A stretch of 64,000 nt of DNA, taken from assembly GCA_043821445.1 (NCBI GenBank), contig JBDRCT010000049.1, positions 3,872 to 67,871 on the forward strand, written 5' to 3'. The stretch is from Candidatus Omnitrophota bacterium (GTDB lineage: Bacteria > Omnitrophota > Omnitrophia > Omnitrophales > Aquincolibacteriaceae). The notes under the pieces were generated by a model. That model was given only the letters and a program-made list of their open reading frames with translations. It did not search any database and was not told where the DNA came from. Below, in pieces: positions 55,556 through 64,000 of the stretch. Numbering within the stretch: position 1 is the first letter of the stretch; every line of letters begins with the position of its first letter. The translations under genes were made by a program, and so were the position numbers.

Positions 55556-56635
55556 ATGGACCTGAGCCAGCTACGCAAGAAGATCGACGAATTGGACAAG
55601 AAGATCATCGGGCTTTTGAACGAGCGGACCGAATTTGCGCGCGAAGTCGGCAAAAAAAAGACCGAGGCCGGCAAGGAGATCTACGCCCCGGAACGGGAAA
55701 GCGAGATCTACCGGAAGATCGACGGCCTGGCGGGGAAAGGGGTCCTGCCGAAGGACGCCCTGAAATCCATTTACCGGGAGATCATGTCGGCGGCGCTCGC
55801 GCTGGAAAAACCGCTCGTGATCGCCTACCTCGGGCCCGAGGCGACCTTTACGCATCTCGCGTCACTTTCCAAATTCGGTTCAAGCGTGGAATACCGTTCC
55901 TGCGTGAGTATCGGCGAGGTCTTCCGGGAGGTCGAACAGGGCCGCGCCGATTACGGCGTGATCCCGATCGAAAATTCCATCGAAGGGGCCGTGAGCCACA
56001 CGCTGGATATGTTCATTGATTCGGACCTGAAGATCTGCTCCGAGATCTATTTTGAGATCGCGCACAACCTGATGTCGAATATTCAAAATATGAAGCAGAT
56101 CAAACGCGTGTATTCCAAGGCCGAGGTATTTGGCCAGTGCCGCATGTGGCTGGAGTCACATCTGCACCACGCCGAGCTCATGGAAGCTTCGAGCACGGCT
56201 GCGGCGGCCAAGCGCGCGGCGGACGAGGATGGCGCGGCGGCGATCGGTTCAAAGCTTGCGGCGACGCTCTACAATCTGCCGATCCTGGCGGCCGAGATCC
56301 AGGATTTTTCGAACAATGTGACGCGCTTTCTCGTGATCTCTAAGCAGATCCCGGGCCGGACCAAGAGCGACAAGACCTCCATCCTTGTCTCGATCCGTGA
56401 CAAGGTGGGGGCGCTTTATGAGATGCTTTTGCCGATCAAGAAATACCGGGTGAACATGACCAAGATCGAATCGCGCCCGTCCAAGAAGAAGGCATGGGAT
56501 TATTATTTCTACATCGATCTCGAGGGACATGTGGAAGATCCCAAGGTCCGGAAGATGCTTGCGGAGATGGAAAAAAAGGTCAAGTTCCTCAAAGTGCTTG
56601 GCTCCTATCCCGCTGCGGGAAACACGAAAGACTAA
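55556..56635 (+). CDS. pheA: bifunctional chorismate mutase / prephenate dehydratase
   Basis: N-terminal AroQ CM helix 'LRKKIDELDKKIIGLLNERTEFAREVGKKK', PDT domain 'AYLGPEATFTH', C-terminal ACT. Confidence 0.85.
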   Translation: MDLSQLRKKIDELDKKIIGLLNERTEFAREVGKKKTEAGKEIYAPERESEIYRKIDGLAGKGVLPKDALKSIYREIMSAALALEKPLVIAYLGPEATFTHLASLSKFGSSVEYRSCVSIGEVFREVEQGRADYGVIPIENSIEGAVSHTLDMFIDSDLKICSEIYFEIAHNLMSNIQNMKQIKRVYSKAEVFGQCRMWLESHLHHAELMEASSTAAAAKRAADEDGAAAIGSKLAATLYNLPILAAEIQDFSNNVTRFLVISKQIPGRTKSDKTSILVSIRDKVGALYEMLLPIKKYRVNMTKIESRPSKKKAWDYYFYIDLEGHVEDPKVRKMLAEMEKKVKFLKVLGSYPAAGNTKD

Positions 56636-56640
56636 AAAAC

Positions 56641-56700
56641 AGTGTCAAGGTTTCAGAGTGTCAAGGTATCAAAGTAGGCAGTTCCGATACTCTGACACAA
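56641..56700. promoter_or_regulatory. shared intergenic motif block (AGTGTCAAGGT x2, GTATCAAAGT, TTCAGAGTGTCAAGG = revcomp of CCTTGACACTCTGAA)
   Basis: paralogous to 54568-54640. Confidence 0.35.
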
Positions 56701-56705
56701 ACAAA

Positions 56706-57891
56706 TATGATCCCATTTAAAAAACACATCCAGGATATCAGGCCCTACGAACCCGGGAAGCCGATCAAGGAGCTTCAGCGGGAGTACGGGATCCGGAGCG
56801 TCATCAAGCTCGCCTCGAACGAAAACCCTCTCGGGCCATCCGGGAAGGCGATCAGCGCGATGCGCAGGGCGATCCGGGAAGTACACCTCTATCCGGAAGG
56901 GAGCTGTTATTATCTCCTGGCCCGTTTGTCCCAAGAGCTGGATCTCGACCCGGCGAACCTCATTTTCGGGAATGGCTCTAACGAAATCATCGAGCTTTTG
57001 GCACGCGGTTTTTTGTCCGAAGGCGACGAGATCATTTCTTCGGAAATGACCTTTCTGGTCTATCCGATCCTTTCTCAGGTCTGCGGTGCGAAGTTCAAGG
57101 CCGTTCCCATGAAGAACTACCGGTATGATCTCGAAGGGATCCTCCGGGCGATCACACCGAAGACCAAGCTTATTTTTATCGCGAATCCCAACAATCCGAC
57201 CGGTACTTACGTGACCGCGGGAGAGGTCGAGGATTTTCTTTCCAAGGTTCCCCCGAGCGTGGTCGTGTGTTTCGACGAGGCATACGTGGATTTCGTGGAG
57301 GCGGAAGATTTTCCGAAGATGCTCGCGTACATTAAGGGCGGCCGCCCTGAGAATACGGGCGAGCCTCGCCCTGCTTTTCCGCCGAAGGACGGATCTGTCC
57401 ACAGTATTTTGGCGGAGCAGGCGGGGCGGCCGAATGTGGTGGTCCTGAGGACGTTTTCCAAGGCGTATGGTCTGGCCGGTCTCCGCATCGGCTATGGCGC
57501 GGCCTCCAAGGAAATGGTGGATTATCTCCACAAGGTCCGCCAGCCGTTCAATGTGAATTCGGTCGCGCAGGCCGCGGTCGTGGCGGCGCTCGACGATTCG
57601 TTCTTTCTCTGGCGCACAAAATGGCTCGTGGTCCGGGGACGGAAATATTTCTACCGTAAGCTTAAGAAATTAGGGCTAGAATACCTGCCCAGCCAGGCGA
57701 ACTTCATCCTTGTCCATATGAAGACCGACGGCCAGGAAGTTTATCAGTACTTGCTGCGTCAGGGGATGATCGTCCGGCCGATGACCGCCTACAAACTGCC
57801 GGACTGGATACGTATCACAATCGGTCGGCGCAGCCAAAATGCACAGTTGATCCGGTTGTTGAAAGCGTATTTGAACAAGAAAACCGCTTGA
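56706..57891 (+). CDS. hisC: histidinol-phosphate / aromatic aminotransferase (class II PLP)
   Basis: 'IKLASNENPLGPS' and 'RTFSKAYGLAGLRIGY' motifs; ~40-aa insertion before the PLP-lysine region. Confidence 0.8.
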
Positions 57892-57958
57892 ACAGCACAA
57901 CGCTCAACGCACAACGCGCAACGTGATAACCATTCGTTGACCGTTGCGCGTTGCGCCC
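57892..57958. repeat. REP-like palindromic element copy B
   Basis: ACAGCACAACGCTCAACGCACAACGCGCAACGTGATAACCATTCGTTGACCGTTGCGCGTTGCGC. Confidence 0.55.
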
Positions 57959-58012
57959 TCAGCATAGCCTAATGAAGGCATAAGAGATAGCGATCGGAAG
58001 GGGATAAAAAGC

Positions 58013-59029
58013 ATGATTATAGTTCTCAAGAAGACCGCAACGCCGCAAGAACTGGAGCATATTTGTCAGAAAGTCCGCGAACTGGGGCTGACGCCGCAGG
58101 TTTCCCGGGGCGTTGAACGCACCGTGATCGGCGTGATCGGGGACGAAGAAAAGCTCCAGGTCCAGCCGCTCGAAGTCTTCCCGGGCGTTGAGTCCGTGAT
58201 GGCGATCCTTAAGCCTTACAAGCTTGCGAGTCGCGATTACAGGGTCGAGAACACCGAATTCGAGATGAGCAACGGCGTGAAAGTCGGCGGCAAGAAGATC
58301 GTCGTTATGGCCGGGCCGTGCGCCGTGGAGAACTATGACATGCTCCTGGACATTGCGAAGACCGTCAAGAGATCCGGTGCGACGTTCCTGCGCGGCGGGG
58401 CCTTTAAGCCGCGCACGTCGCCTTATTCTTTCCAAGGGCTCGGTGAGGAAGGCCTGAAATACCTGCGACAAGCGGCGGACGAGACGGACCTTCTGGTCGT
58501 GACCGAGGTGATGGATACGCGTCAGGTGGAGCTTGTGTCGCAATATGCGGACATGCTCCAGATCGGCGCGCGGAACATGCAAAATTTCGATCTCCTCAAG
58601 GAATGCGGCGCGACAAAAAAACCGGTGCTTTTAAAACGCGGCATGAGCGCGACCGTCAAGGACCTTTTGATGTCCGCCGAATACTTGCTTTCCAAGGGGA
58701 ATTTCAAGGTGATGCTCGGCGAGCGCGGTATTCGTACGTTCGAAACGTCGACGCGTAACACGCTTGATCTGAACGCCATCCCGGTGCTTAAAAAAGAGAC
58801 CCATTTACCGGTACTCGTGGACCCTTCGCACGGGACCGGATACCGTGATTTCGTGCCGCCCATGGCCATGGCAGGGGTCGCGGCCGGGTGTGACGGTTTG
58901 ATGGTCGAAGTCCATCAGAACCCCGAAGAGGCGAAAAGCGACGGAGAGCAGTCGGTATTGCCGGAGCAATTTGACGAAATGATGAAAAAAGTCCGTCTTA
59001 TCGCGCATGCGGTGGGAAGGGATATTTAA
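58013..59029 (+). CDS. aroF: 3-deoxy-7-phosphoheptulonate (DAHP) synthase, type I-beta with N-terminal regulatory domain
   Basis: 'VMAGPCAVENYDMLLDIAK...LRGGAFKPRTSPYSFQGLG' KDO8PS-like core preceded by ~80-aa ACT/FL-like domain. Confidence 0.8.
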   Translation: MIIVLKKTATPQELEHICQKVRELGLTPQVSRGVERTVIGVIGDEEKLQVQPLEVFPGVESVMAILKPYKLASRDYRVENTEFEMSNGVKVGGKKIVVMAGPCAVENYDMLLDIAKTVKRSGATFLRGGAFKPRTSPYSFQGLGEEGLKYLRQAADETDLLVVTEVMDTRQVELVSQYADMLQIGARNMQNFDLLKECGATKKPVLLKRGMSATVKDLLMSAEYLLSKGNFKVMLGERGIRTFETSTRNTLDLNAIPVLKKETHLPVLVDPSHGTGYRDFVPPMAMAGVAAGCDGLMVEVHQNPEEAKSDGEQSVLPEQFDEMMKKVRLIAHAVGRDI

Positions 59030-59031
59030 AA

Positions 59032-59092
59032 ACAGCGCAACGGGCAACGCACAACGCGCAACGTTAGAACTTCTCGTTGAGCATTGCACGTA
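59032..59092. repeat. REP-like palindromic element copy C
   Basis: CAGCGCAACGGGCAACGCACAACGCGCAACGTTAGAACTTCTCGTTGAGCATTGCACG. Confidence 0.55.
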
Positions 59093-59119
59093 GAACCTGT
59101 AGTAAAGGTGATAAACTTT

Positions 59120-59953
59120 ATGTTTAAGAGGATCGTTATAGTAGGCCTGGGATTGATGGGCGGCTCATTGGCGGCGGCGTGCCGGAAAAAATTCCCCATG
59201 GCCCGGATCATCGGGGTCAGTCGCAGTCGCGAAGCCCTTGCACTCGCCAAAAAAAAGAAGTGGGTTCACGAAACCACGCGGGATGTGTCGCTCGGCGCGC
59301 AGGGCGCGGACCTCGTGGTGCTTTGCACGCCCGTCGACACTTTCCTTCCTTACCTCAAAGTGATCGACAAGGTTTGCGCGAAAGGTGCCTTGGTGATGGA
59401 CGTCGGCAGTGTCAAAGTGTCCGTTCTGAAAGAAGCAGGCTCGCGCCGTTGGAAGAACCTCTCGTTTGTCGGGTGTCATCCCATGGTCGGTTCTCACAAG
59501 CGGGGGATCCAGGCGGTCAATCCCGCGCTCTACCAAGGAGGTTTGGTGCTTTTGACGCCTGACCAGAGAACCTGCCCCAGCGCCTACCGAAGGGCCAAAA
59601 AGTTCTGGCAGGGCTTTACTCCCAAGATCGTGGAGTTGACCCCCGAGATGCATGACCGGCTCGTGGGGGAGGTTAGCCATCTGCCGCACGCGATGGCGGC
59701 TTGTCTTGTGCGCACCGTGTCGGTGCCCGCGCTCAAAATGGCTTCGACCGGTTTTTATGACACCACGCGCATTGCCGCCGCCGCTTCATCGATCTGGCAG
59801 CCGATCTTTTCCGCGAACCGGAAAGTCATGCTCGGTGTTTTGAGCCGTTTCGAGAGAGAGTTCCGGACATTCAAAAAGCTCCTTCGTTCGCAGGACCCGA
59901 AAGCGCTTGAGCGCTATCTTGATAAGGCTCAGAAGATTCGTGAGCGCATTTAG
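59120..59953 (+). CDS. tyrA: prephenate dehydrogenase
   Basis: 'IVIVGLGLMGGSLAAA' Rossmann and 'HPMVGS' catalytic His motif. Confidence 0.8.
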   Translation: MFKRIVIVGLGLMGGSLAAACRKKFPMARIIGVSRSREALALAKKKKWVHETTRDVSLGAQGADLVVLCTPVDTFLPYLKVIDKVCAKGALVMDVGSVKVSVLKEAGSRRWKNLSFVGCHPMVGSHKRGIQAVNPALYQGGLVLLTPDQRTCPSAYRRAKKFWQGFTPKIVELTPEMHDRLVGEVSHLPHAMAACLVRTVSVPALKMASTGFYDTTRIAAAASSIWQPIFSANRKVMLGVLSRFEREFRTFKKLLRSQDPKALERYLDKAQKIRERI

Positions 59954-60025
59954 CGCAACGCACAACGCGCAAAGCGCAACGTAAAAGCTTTTTCACTGTG
60001 CGTTGACCGTTGCGCATTGAGCGTA
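59952..60025. repeat. REP-like palindromic element copy D
   Basis: AGCGCAACGCACAACGCGCAAAGCGCAACGTAAAAGC...CTGTGCGTTGACCGTTGCGCATTGAGCG. Confidence 0.55.
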
Positions 60026-60186
60026 AAAAAGACCCTTCCCAAATCCGGAAGATATGCTATACTCCACGCGTTCGCATTGATTTCGGTTCCGGCCCTGCGC
60101 CAGGGATCGAGAGGGAAAAACGGTGCGGACCCCCATTTTCATGCGATCCCAATGAGAAGGGGACTCTCAAGGAGGTTTTCCCTATT

Positions 60187-61749
60187 ATGAATTCCACGTT
60201 TTTAGAGTTGTACGAGAAGTCTTTTCAGGACATCAAGATCGGTGAGGTCGTCAAAGGCACCGTGATCGCGGTCCACGAACGCGATATTGTCGTCGATATT
60301 GCCTACAAAGCCGAAGGCGTCCTGCCCAAGGATGAGTTTTCCAATCCGGAACTTCTGACCGTCGGCTCAGAGGTTGAAGTGCTGTTCGAAGGTTTTAATG
60401 ATGTTGAAGGCATGGCGATCCTTTCCAAGCGTAAGGCTGACCGCCAAAAGACCTGGAACGATATTCTCTCCAATGCCACCGAAGGCGCCATTGTGGACGG
60501 ACGTATTTCGCGCAAGGTGCGCGGAGGCTTCATGGTCGATATCGGCATGGAGGCGTTCTTGCCGGCGTCGCTCGTGGACATCAAGCCGGTCCGCAATCAG
60601 GATATGTTCATCGGTTTGCAGAGCAAATTTCTCGTCGTGAAGATCAACCATAAGCGTAAAAACGTCGTAGTTTCGCGCAAGGACCTTCTCGAGAAAAGCC
60701 GCAATGAGGCCCGCACGGAAAAACTGAGCACCCTCAAGGTGGGTCAGGTCGTGAAGGGTAAAGTGAAGAACATCACGGATTTCGGCGTCTTCATCGATGT
60801 CGGAAACCTTGATGGTCTTCTCCATATCACGGACATGAGCTGGGGGCGTATTTCGCACCCCTCTGACCTTGTGAAGATCGGCGACGACATCGAAGTCGTC
60901 GTCATCTCGATCGACCAGGTCAAACAGAAGATCTCCCTCGGTCTCAAGCAGAAGGGGACCAATCCCTGGGTCGCGGTCGATCAGCGTTATGCCATCGGGA
61001 ATCAGGTCCGCGGCAAGGTCGTCAATATTCTGCCGTACGGCGCGTTCGTGGAACTTGAGCCCGGCATCGAAGGGCTGGTCCACATCAGCGAATTGTCCTG
61101 GACCAAGCGCGTCAATCATCCGAGTGAGATCCTTTCGATCGGCATGGAGCTGGATGTTGTGATCCTGAGCCTTGATACGGCCGCGAAAAAGATCTCGCTG
61201 GGCGCGAAACAGGCGCAGGAGAATCCCTGGACCACCGCGTCCGACAGGTTCCAGGTCGGCAGTCACGCGACCGGGACCATCCGGAATCTTACCGACTACG
61301 GCGCATTCATCGAACTCGAGCCTGGCATCGAGGGGCTGCTTCACGTCTCCGATATTTCATGGATCCACAAGGTCGCCAAACCCTCGGATGTCCTCAAAAA
61401 AGGGGGTGCGGCGGAAGTGATGATCCTTGCGGTGGATACGGATGCGAAGAAGATCTCGCTGGGGATGAAGCAGCTCTCCGACGATCCATGGAACGAACTC
61501 ACCAAAAATTTTCTCACGGGTCTTGAACTTCAGGGCAAGGTCACGAGGGTCGTGAATTTCGGGGTTTTTGTGGAGCTGGACAACGGCCTCGAGGGGCTGA
61601 TCCATGTCTCCGAGATCCCGGATTGTTCCGCGCAGGACCTTGCGAAACGTTTCAACGTGAGCGACACGCTCCGTTGCAGCATCCTGAACGTGGACCACGA
61701 AGGACGCAAGATCGCGTTGAGTTGCAAGAACGAGCCGATCACGGCCTAA
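60187..61749 (+). CDS. rpsA: 30S ribosomal protein S1 (six S1 domains)
   Basis: repeated 'G.V.G.V..I..FGAFV.L..G..GL.HISE' S1 motifs. Confidence 0.9.
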   Translation: MNSTFLELYEKSFQDIKIGEVVKGTVIAVHERDIVVDIAYKAEGVLPKDEFSNPELLTVGSEVEVLFEGFNDVEGMAILSKRKADRQKTWNDILSNATEGAIVDGRISRKVRGGFMVDIGMEAFLPASLVDIKPVRNQDMFIGLQSKFLVVKINHKRKNVVVSRKDLLEKSRNEARTEKLSTLKVGQVVKGKVKNITDFGVFIDVGNLDGLLHITDMSWGRISHPSDLVKIGDDIEVVVISIDQVKQKISLGLKQKGTNPWVAVDQRYAIGNQVRGKVVNILPYGAFVELEPGIEGLVHISELSWTKRVNHPSEILSIGMELDVVILSLDTAAKKISLGAKQAQENPWTTASDRFQVGSHATGTIRNLTDYGAFIELEPGIEGLLHVSDISWIHKVAKPSDVLKKGGAAEVMILAVDTDAKKISLGMKQLSDDPWNELTKNFLTGLELQGKVTRVVNFGVFVELDNGLEGLIHVSEIPDCSAQDLAKRFNVSDTLRCSILNVDHEGRKIALSCKNEPITA

Positions 61750-61763
61750 ATTAAAATCGATCA

Positions 61764-63014
61764 ATGACGAGCCCCAGGAACCGAAGAGTCGTTATCACGG
61801 GCCTGGGGGTCGTTTCGTCGGTCGGCTTCGGGAAAGAAGCCTTTTGGGATTCTATCTCCAACGGCCGTAGCGGCATTTCCAATATCACCGCTTTTGATGC
61901 CACCCAGTTCACCACCCGCTTTGCCGGCGAGATCAAGGATTTCGATCCGTCCGCCTATATCCTCCCCAAAAAACTCAAACGTATGGACCGCACGACGCAA
62001 TTGGCGGTCGTGGCTTCCAAGATGGCCGTTGAGGACGCGAAGCTTGATCTCGAAGAGCCCGGGGTCCGCGAGCGGACCGGGGTGATCATCGGCGCGGCTT
62101 TGGCGGGCGTAGGTTTTATTCTGGAGCAACATGAGGTGATGTTGAAAAAAGGCCCGATGAGGCTCAATCCCTTTACGGCGCTCGCCTCTTTTCCGGACGC
62201 TTGCGCCGGCAACGTCTCGATCGAGTTGGGTGTGAAGGGCCCGAGTTTTTCTATCGCGACCGCCTGCTCTTCGGCTTCCGACGCGTGCGGGTATGCCCTG
62301 GATGCGATCCAGAGCGGGGACCTTGATTTCTTGATCATGGGGGGCGCGGAAGCAACGATCTTTCCCGGCATTGTGGCCTCTTTTTGCGTGGCCCGCGCGC
62401 TTTCGACCCGGAACGACCAGCCCGAAAAAGCCTCACGCCCGTTCAGTATGGACCGTGACGGATTCGTCCTGGGAGAAGGGGCCGGGATGCTGGTTTTGGA
62501 GGAATATGAGCACGCCAAAAAACGGGGGGCGCATATTTATGCGGAGATCCTCGGCCACGGCATGACCTGCGATGCGTATCACATGACGGCGCCGGACCCG
62601 GAAGGGACCGAGGCGGTCCGTGCCATGCAGCTCGCGATGGAAAGCGCCGGGGTGGAACCGGGCGAGATCGACTACATCAATGCCCACGGAACCTCGACGT
62701 CTCTCAATGATAAAACGGAGACCCTGGTCATCAAGAAAGTTTTCGGTCCGCGGGCTTATGAAATCCCCATCAGTTCCGTAAAATCCATGATCGGCCATCT
62801 GATCGGCGCGGCCGGCAGCGTGGAGCTTATTGCAACGCTCCTCGCCATGGAACATCAGCTGATCCCTCCGACCATCAATTGCAACTCCAAAGACCCCGAA
62901 TGTGATCTGGACTATGTCCCCAATACGGCACGTAAAGCCAATATCCGGATCGCGATGAAGAACTCATTCGGTTTCGGCGGCAAGAATTCCATCCTGATAC
63001 TCAAGAAAGTGTAA
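61764..63014 (+). CDS. fabF: 3-oxoacyl-[acyl-carrier-protein] synthase II
   Basis: 'RRVVITGLGVVS', active-site 'ATACSSA', 'HGTSTSLNDK', 'GHLIGAAG' motifs. Confidence 0.9.
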   Translation: MTSPRNRRVVITGLGVVSSVGFGKEAFWDSISNGRSGISNITAFDATQFTTRFAGEIKDFDPSAYILPKKLKRMDRTTQLAVVASKMAVEDAKLDLEEPGVRERTGVIIGAALAGVGFILEQHEVMLKKGPMRLNPFTALASFPDACAGNVSIELGVKGPSFSIATACSSASDACGYALDAIQSGDLDFLIMGGAEATIFPGIVASFCVARALSTRNDQPEKASRPFSMDRDGFVLGEGAGMLVLEEYEHAKKRGAHIYAEILGHGMTCDAYHMTAPDPEGTEAVRAMQLAMESAGVEPGEIDYINAHGTSTSLNDKTETLVIKKVFGPRAYEIPISSVKSMIGHLIGAAGSVELIATLLAMEHQLIPPTINCNSKDPECDLDYVPNTARKANIRIAMKNSFGFGGKNSILILKKV

Positions 63015-63019
63015 CTAGA

Positions 63020-63171
63020 CTGAAGACCTCAGACTAGAGACTACAGACCAGAGCCGAAAGTCCGCGGGTGTTTCCTTGCTCAGAAAGGATACCTCTATTT
63101 ATGGATGGGCGGGATGGATTTAAAAAGTCTGCGGTCTATGGTCTGAAGTCTGTGGTCTAAAGCGGCGGGTA
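63020..63171. terminator. convergent intergenic region with imperfect inverted AGAC-rich repeats (likely bidirectional terminator)
   Basis: GAAGACCTCAGACTAGAGACTACAGACCAGAG vs GTCTGCGGTCTATGGTCTGAAGTCTGTGGTCT. Confidence 0.3.
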
Positions 63172-64000
63172 CTATTCTAGATCTTCGTTAGTTGCATCGC
63201 CGACTGTTGCGAGATTCTTGCGGTGTCCGATCGTATCGGCCGCCGCGCCGGAGCCGTCCAGGATCCCGCGTTTGGAGGCTTCGATGAACTCGACCATGTG
63301 GGCCACTTCGGGGCTCTTGAGGGAATTTTTGATCTGGTCGATCGCCTGGCTGACATTCATGCCGGAGCGGTAAAGAAGTTTGTAGGCTTCCTTGATCTCG
63401 GCGCGCACCTGCGGTCCGATCCCCGCGCGCCTCATGCCCACCACATTGATCCCTTGCGCCACGCCCGGTCGGCCGCCGCAAACCACGTACGGAGGAATGT
63501 CCTTATTGATCGCGGTCAGGGCGCTGACCATGGCCAACGTGCCGATGCGCGTAAATTGGTGAAAGCCGGTCATGCCCGAAAGGAACGCCTTGTCCTCGAC
63601 CACGCAGTGGCCGGTCAGAGAAGCTTGGTTTACCATGATGATATTATTGCCGAGGTGGCAATTGTGCGCGATATGGCAATAGGCCATAAGAAAATTTTCG
63701 TCGCCGATCACAGTAGCCGTGCCTTCTTTTGTGCCGCGGTGAATGGTGACGAATTCGCGGATGACGTTCTTAGAGCCGATCTTGGTGAAAGTCTCCTGTC
63801 CTTGATAGGCAAGGTCCTGGGGTTCGTGGCCGATCACGGCATTCATGTGGAGGATGTTGTAATTCCCGATCTCGGTCCCGCGAGCGAGGTAAGCTCCGGC
63901 CAGGATCTTATTATGGGAGCCGATCTTGACCCCGTCCTCCAGGATGACGTGCGGGCCAATGATGTTATGAACCCCGATCTCGACCTGTTTTCCGATAATG
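63172..64000 (-). CDS. lpxA: UDP-N-acetylglucosamine O-acyltransferase (partial; N-terminus beyond window end)
   Basis: hexapeptide left-handed beta-helix continuing without stop to position 64000; C-terminal 'GINVVGMRRAG...EIKEAYKLLY' LpxA helical domain. Confidence 0.85.
   Translation of the reverse strand, partial: IIGKQVEIGVHNIIGPHVILEDGVKIGSHNKILAGAYLARGTEIGNYNILHMNAVIGHEPQDLAYQGQETFTKIGSKNVIREFVTIHRGTKEGTATVIGDENFLMAYCHIAHNCHLGNNIIMVNQASLTGHCVVEDKAFLSGMTGFHQFTRIGTLAMVSALTAINKDIPPYVVCGGRPGVAQGINVVGMRRAGIGPQVRAEIKEAYKLLYRSGMNVSQAIDQIKNSLKSPEVAHMVEFIEASKRGILDGSGAAADTIGHRKNLATVGDATNEDLE

Overview
This 64 kb window looks like it comes from an uncultivated anaerobic bacterium. The gene content (Rex, NfnAB, an Mrp-coupled group 4 [NiFe] hydrogenase, a giant ORF) is reminiscent of Omnitrophota-like lineages; I cannot verify this without tools. 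Genes are densely packed and largely co-directional. In order along the window:

- **tRNA-synthetase locus:** gltX, a CheY-like receiver, glnS and tRNA-Gln.
- **Redox island:** a cupin gene, NfnAB-like genes and rex.
- **Hydrogenase operon (7.5-23.6 kb):** a HupE/UreJ-type Ni transporter, an AsrAB-like NAD(P)H/FeS module, a group 4 membrane-bound [NiFe] hydrogenase with Mrp antiporter-like subunits, and maturation genes. Two radical-SAM maturases are unusual: a HypC::HydE-like fusion and a HydG-like protein. hypDEF is not seen in the window.
- **Housekeeping genes:** tRNA-Leu, manB/manC, uppP, rlmI-like, and NifU-like genes.
- **Giant ORF (35223-52631, 5802 aa, GTG start, N-terminal signal peptide):** a single uninterrupted reading frame. 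The protein is a mosaic of enzyme-like modules: TraB/GumN-like, adenylate kinase, a circularly permuted guanylate kinase, a eukaryotic-like kinase fold, UGPase-like, three paralogous HEAT blocks and many TM segments. A pentapeptide R-S-E-[AVMIL]-R punctuates the modules about 21 times. Several occurrences are followed by signal-peptide or lipobox-like sequences, which suggests a secreted or membrane polyprotein-like architecture. This is the most novel element in the window.
- **Downstream:** trpS, scpAB, an aromatic-amino-acid cluster (pheA, hisC, DAHP synthase, tyrA), rpsA, fabF and a partial lpxA.

A palindromic REP-like element (GCGCAACG...CAACGCGCAACG / CGTTG...) follows four genes and also occurs in-frame inside the giant ORF. 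No CRISPR arrays, transposases or integrases were seen.
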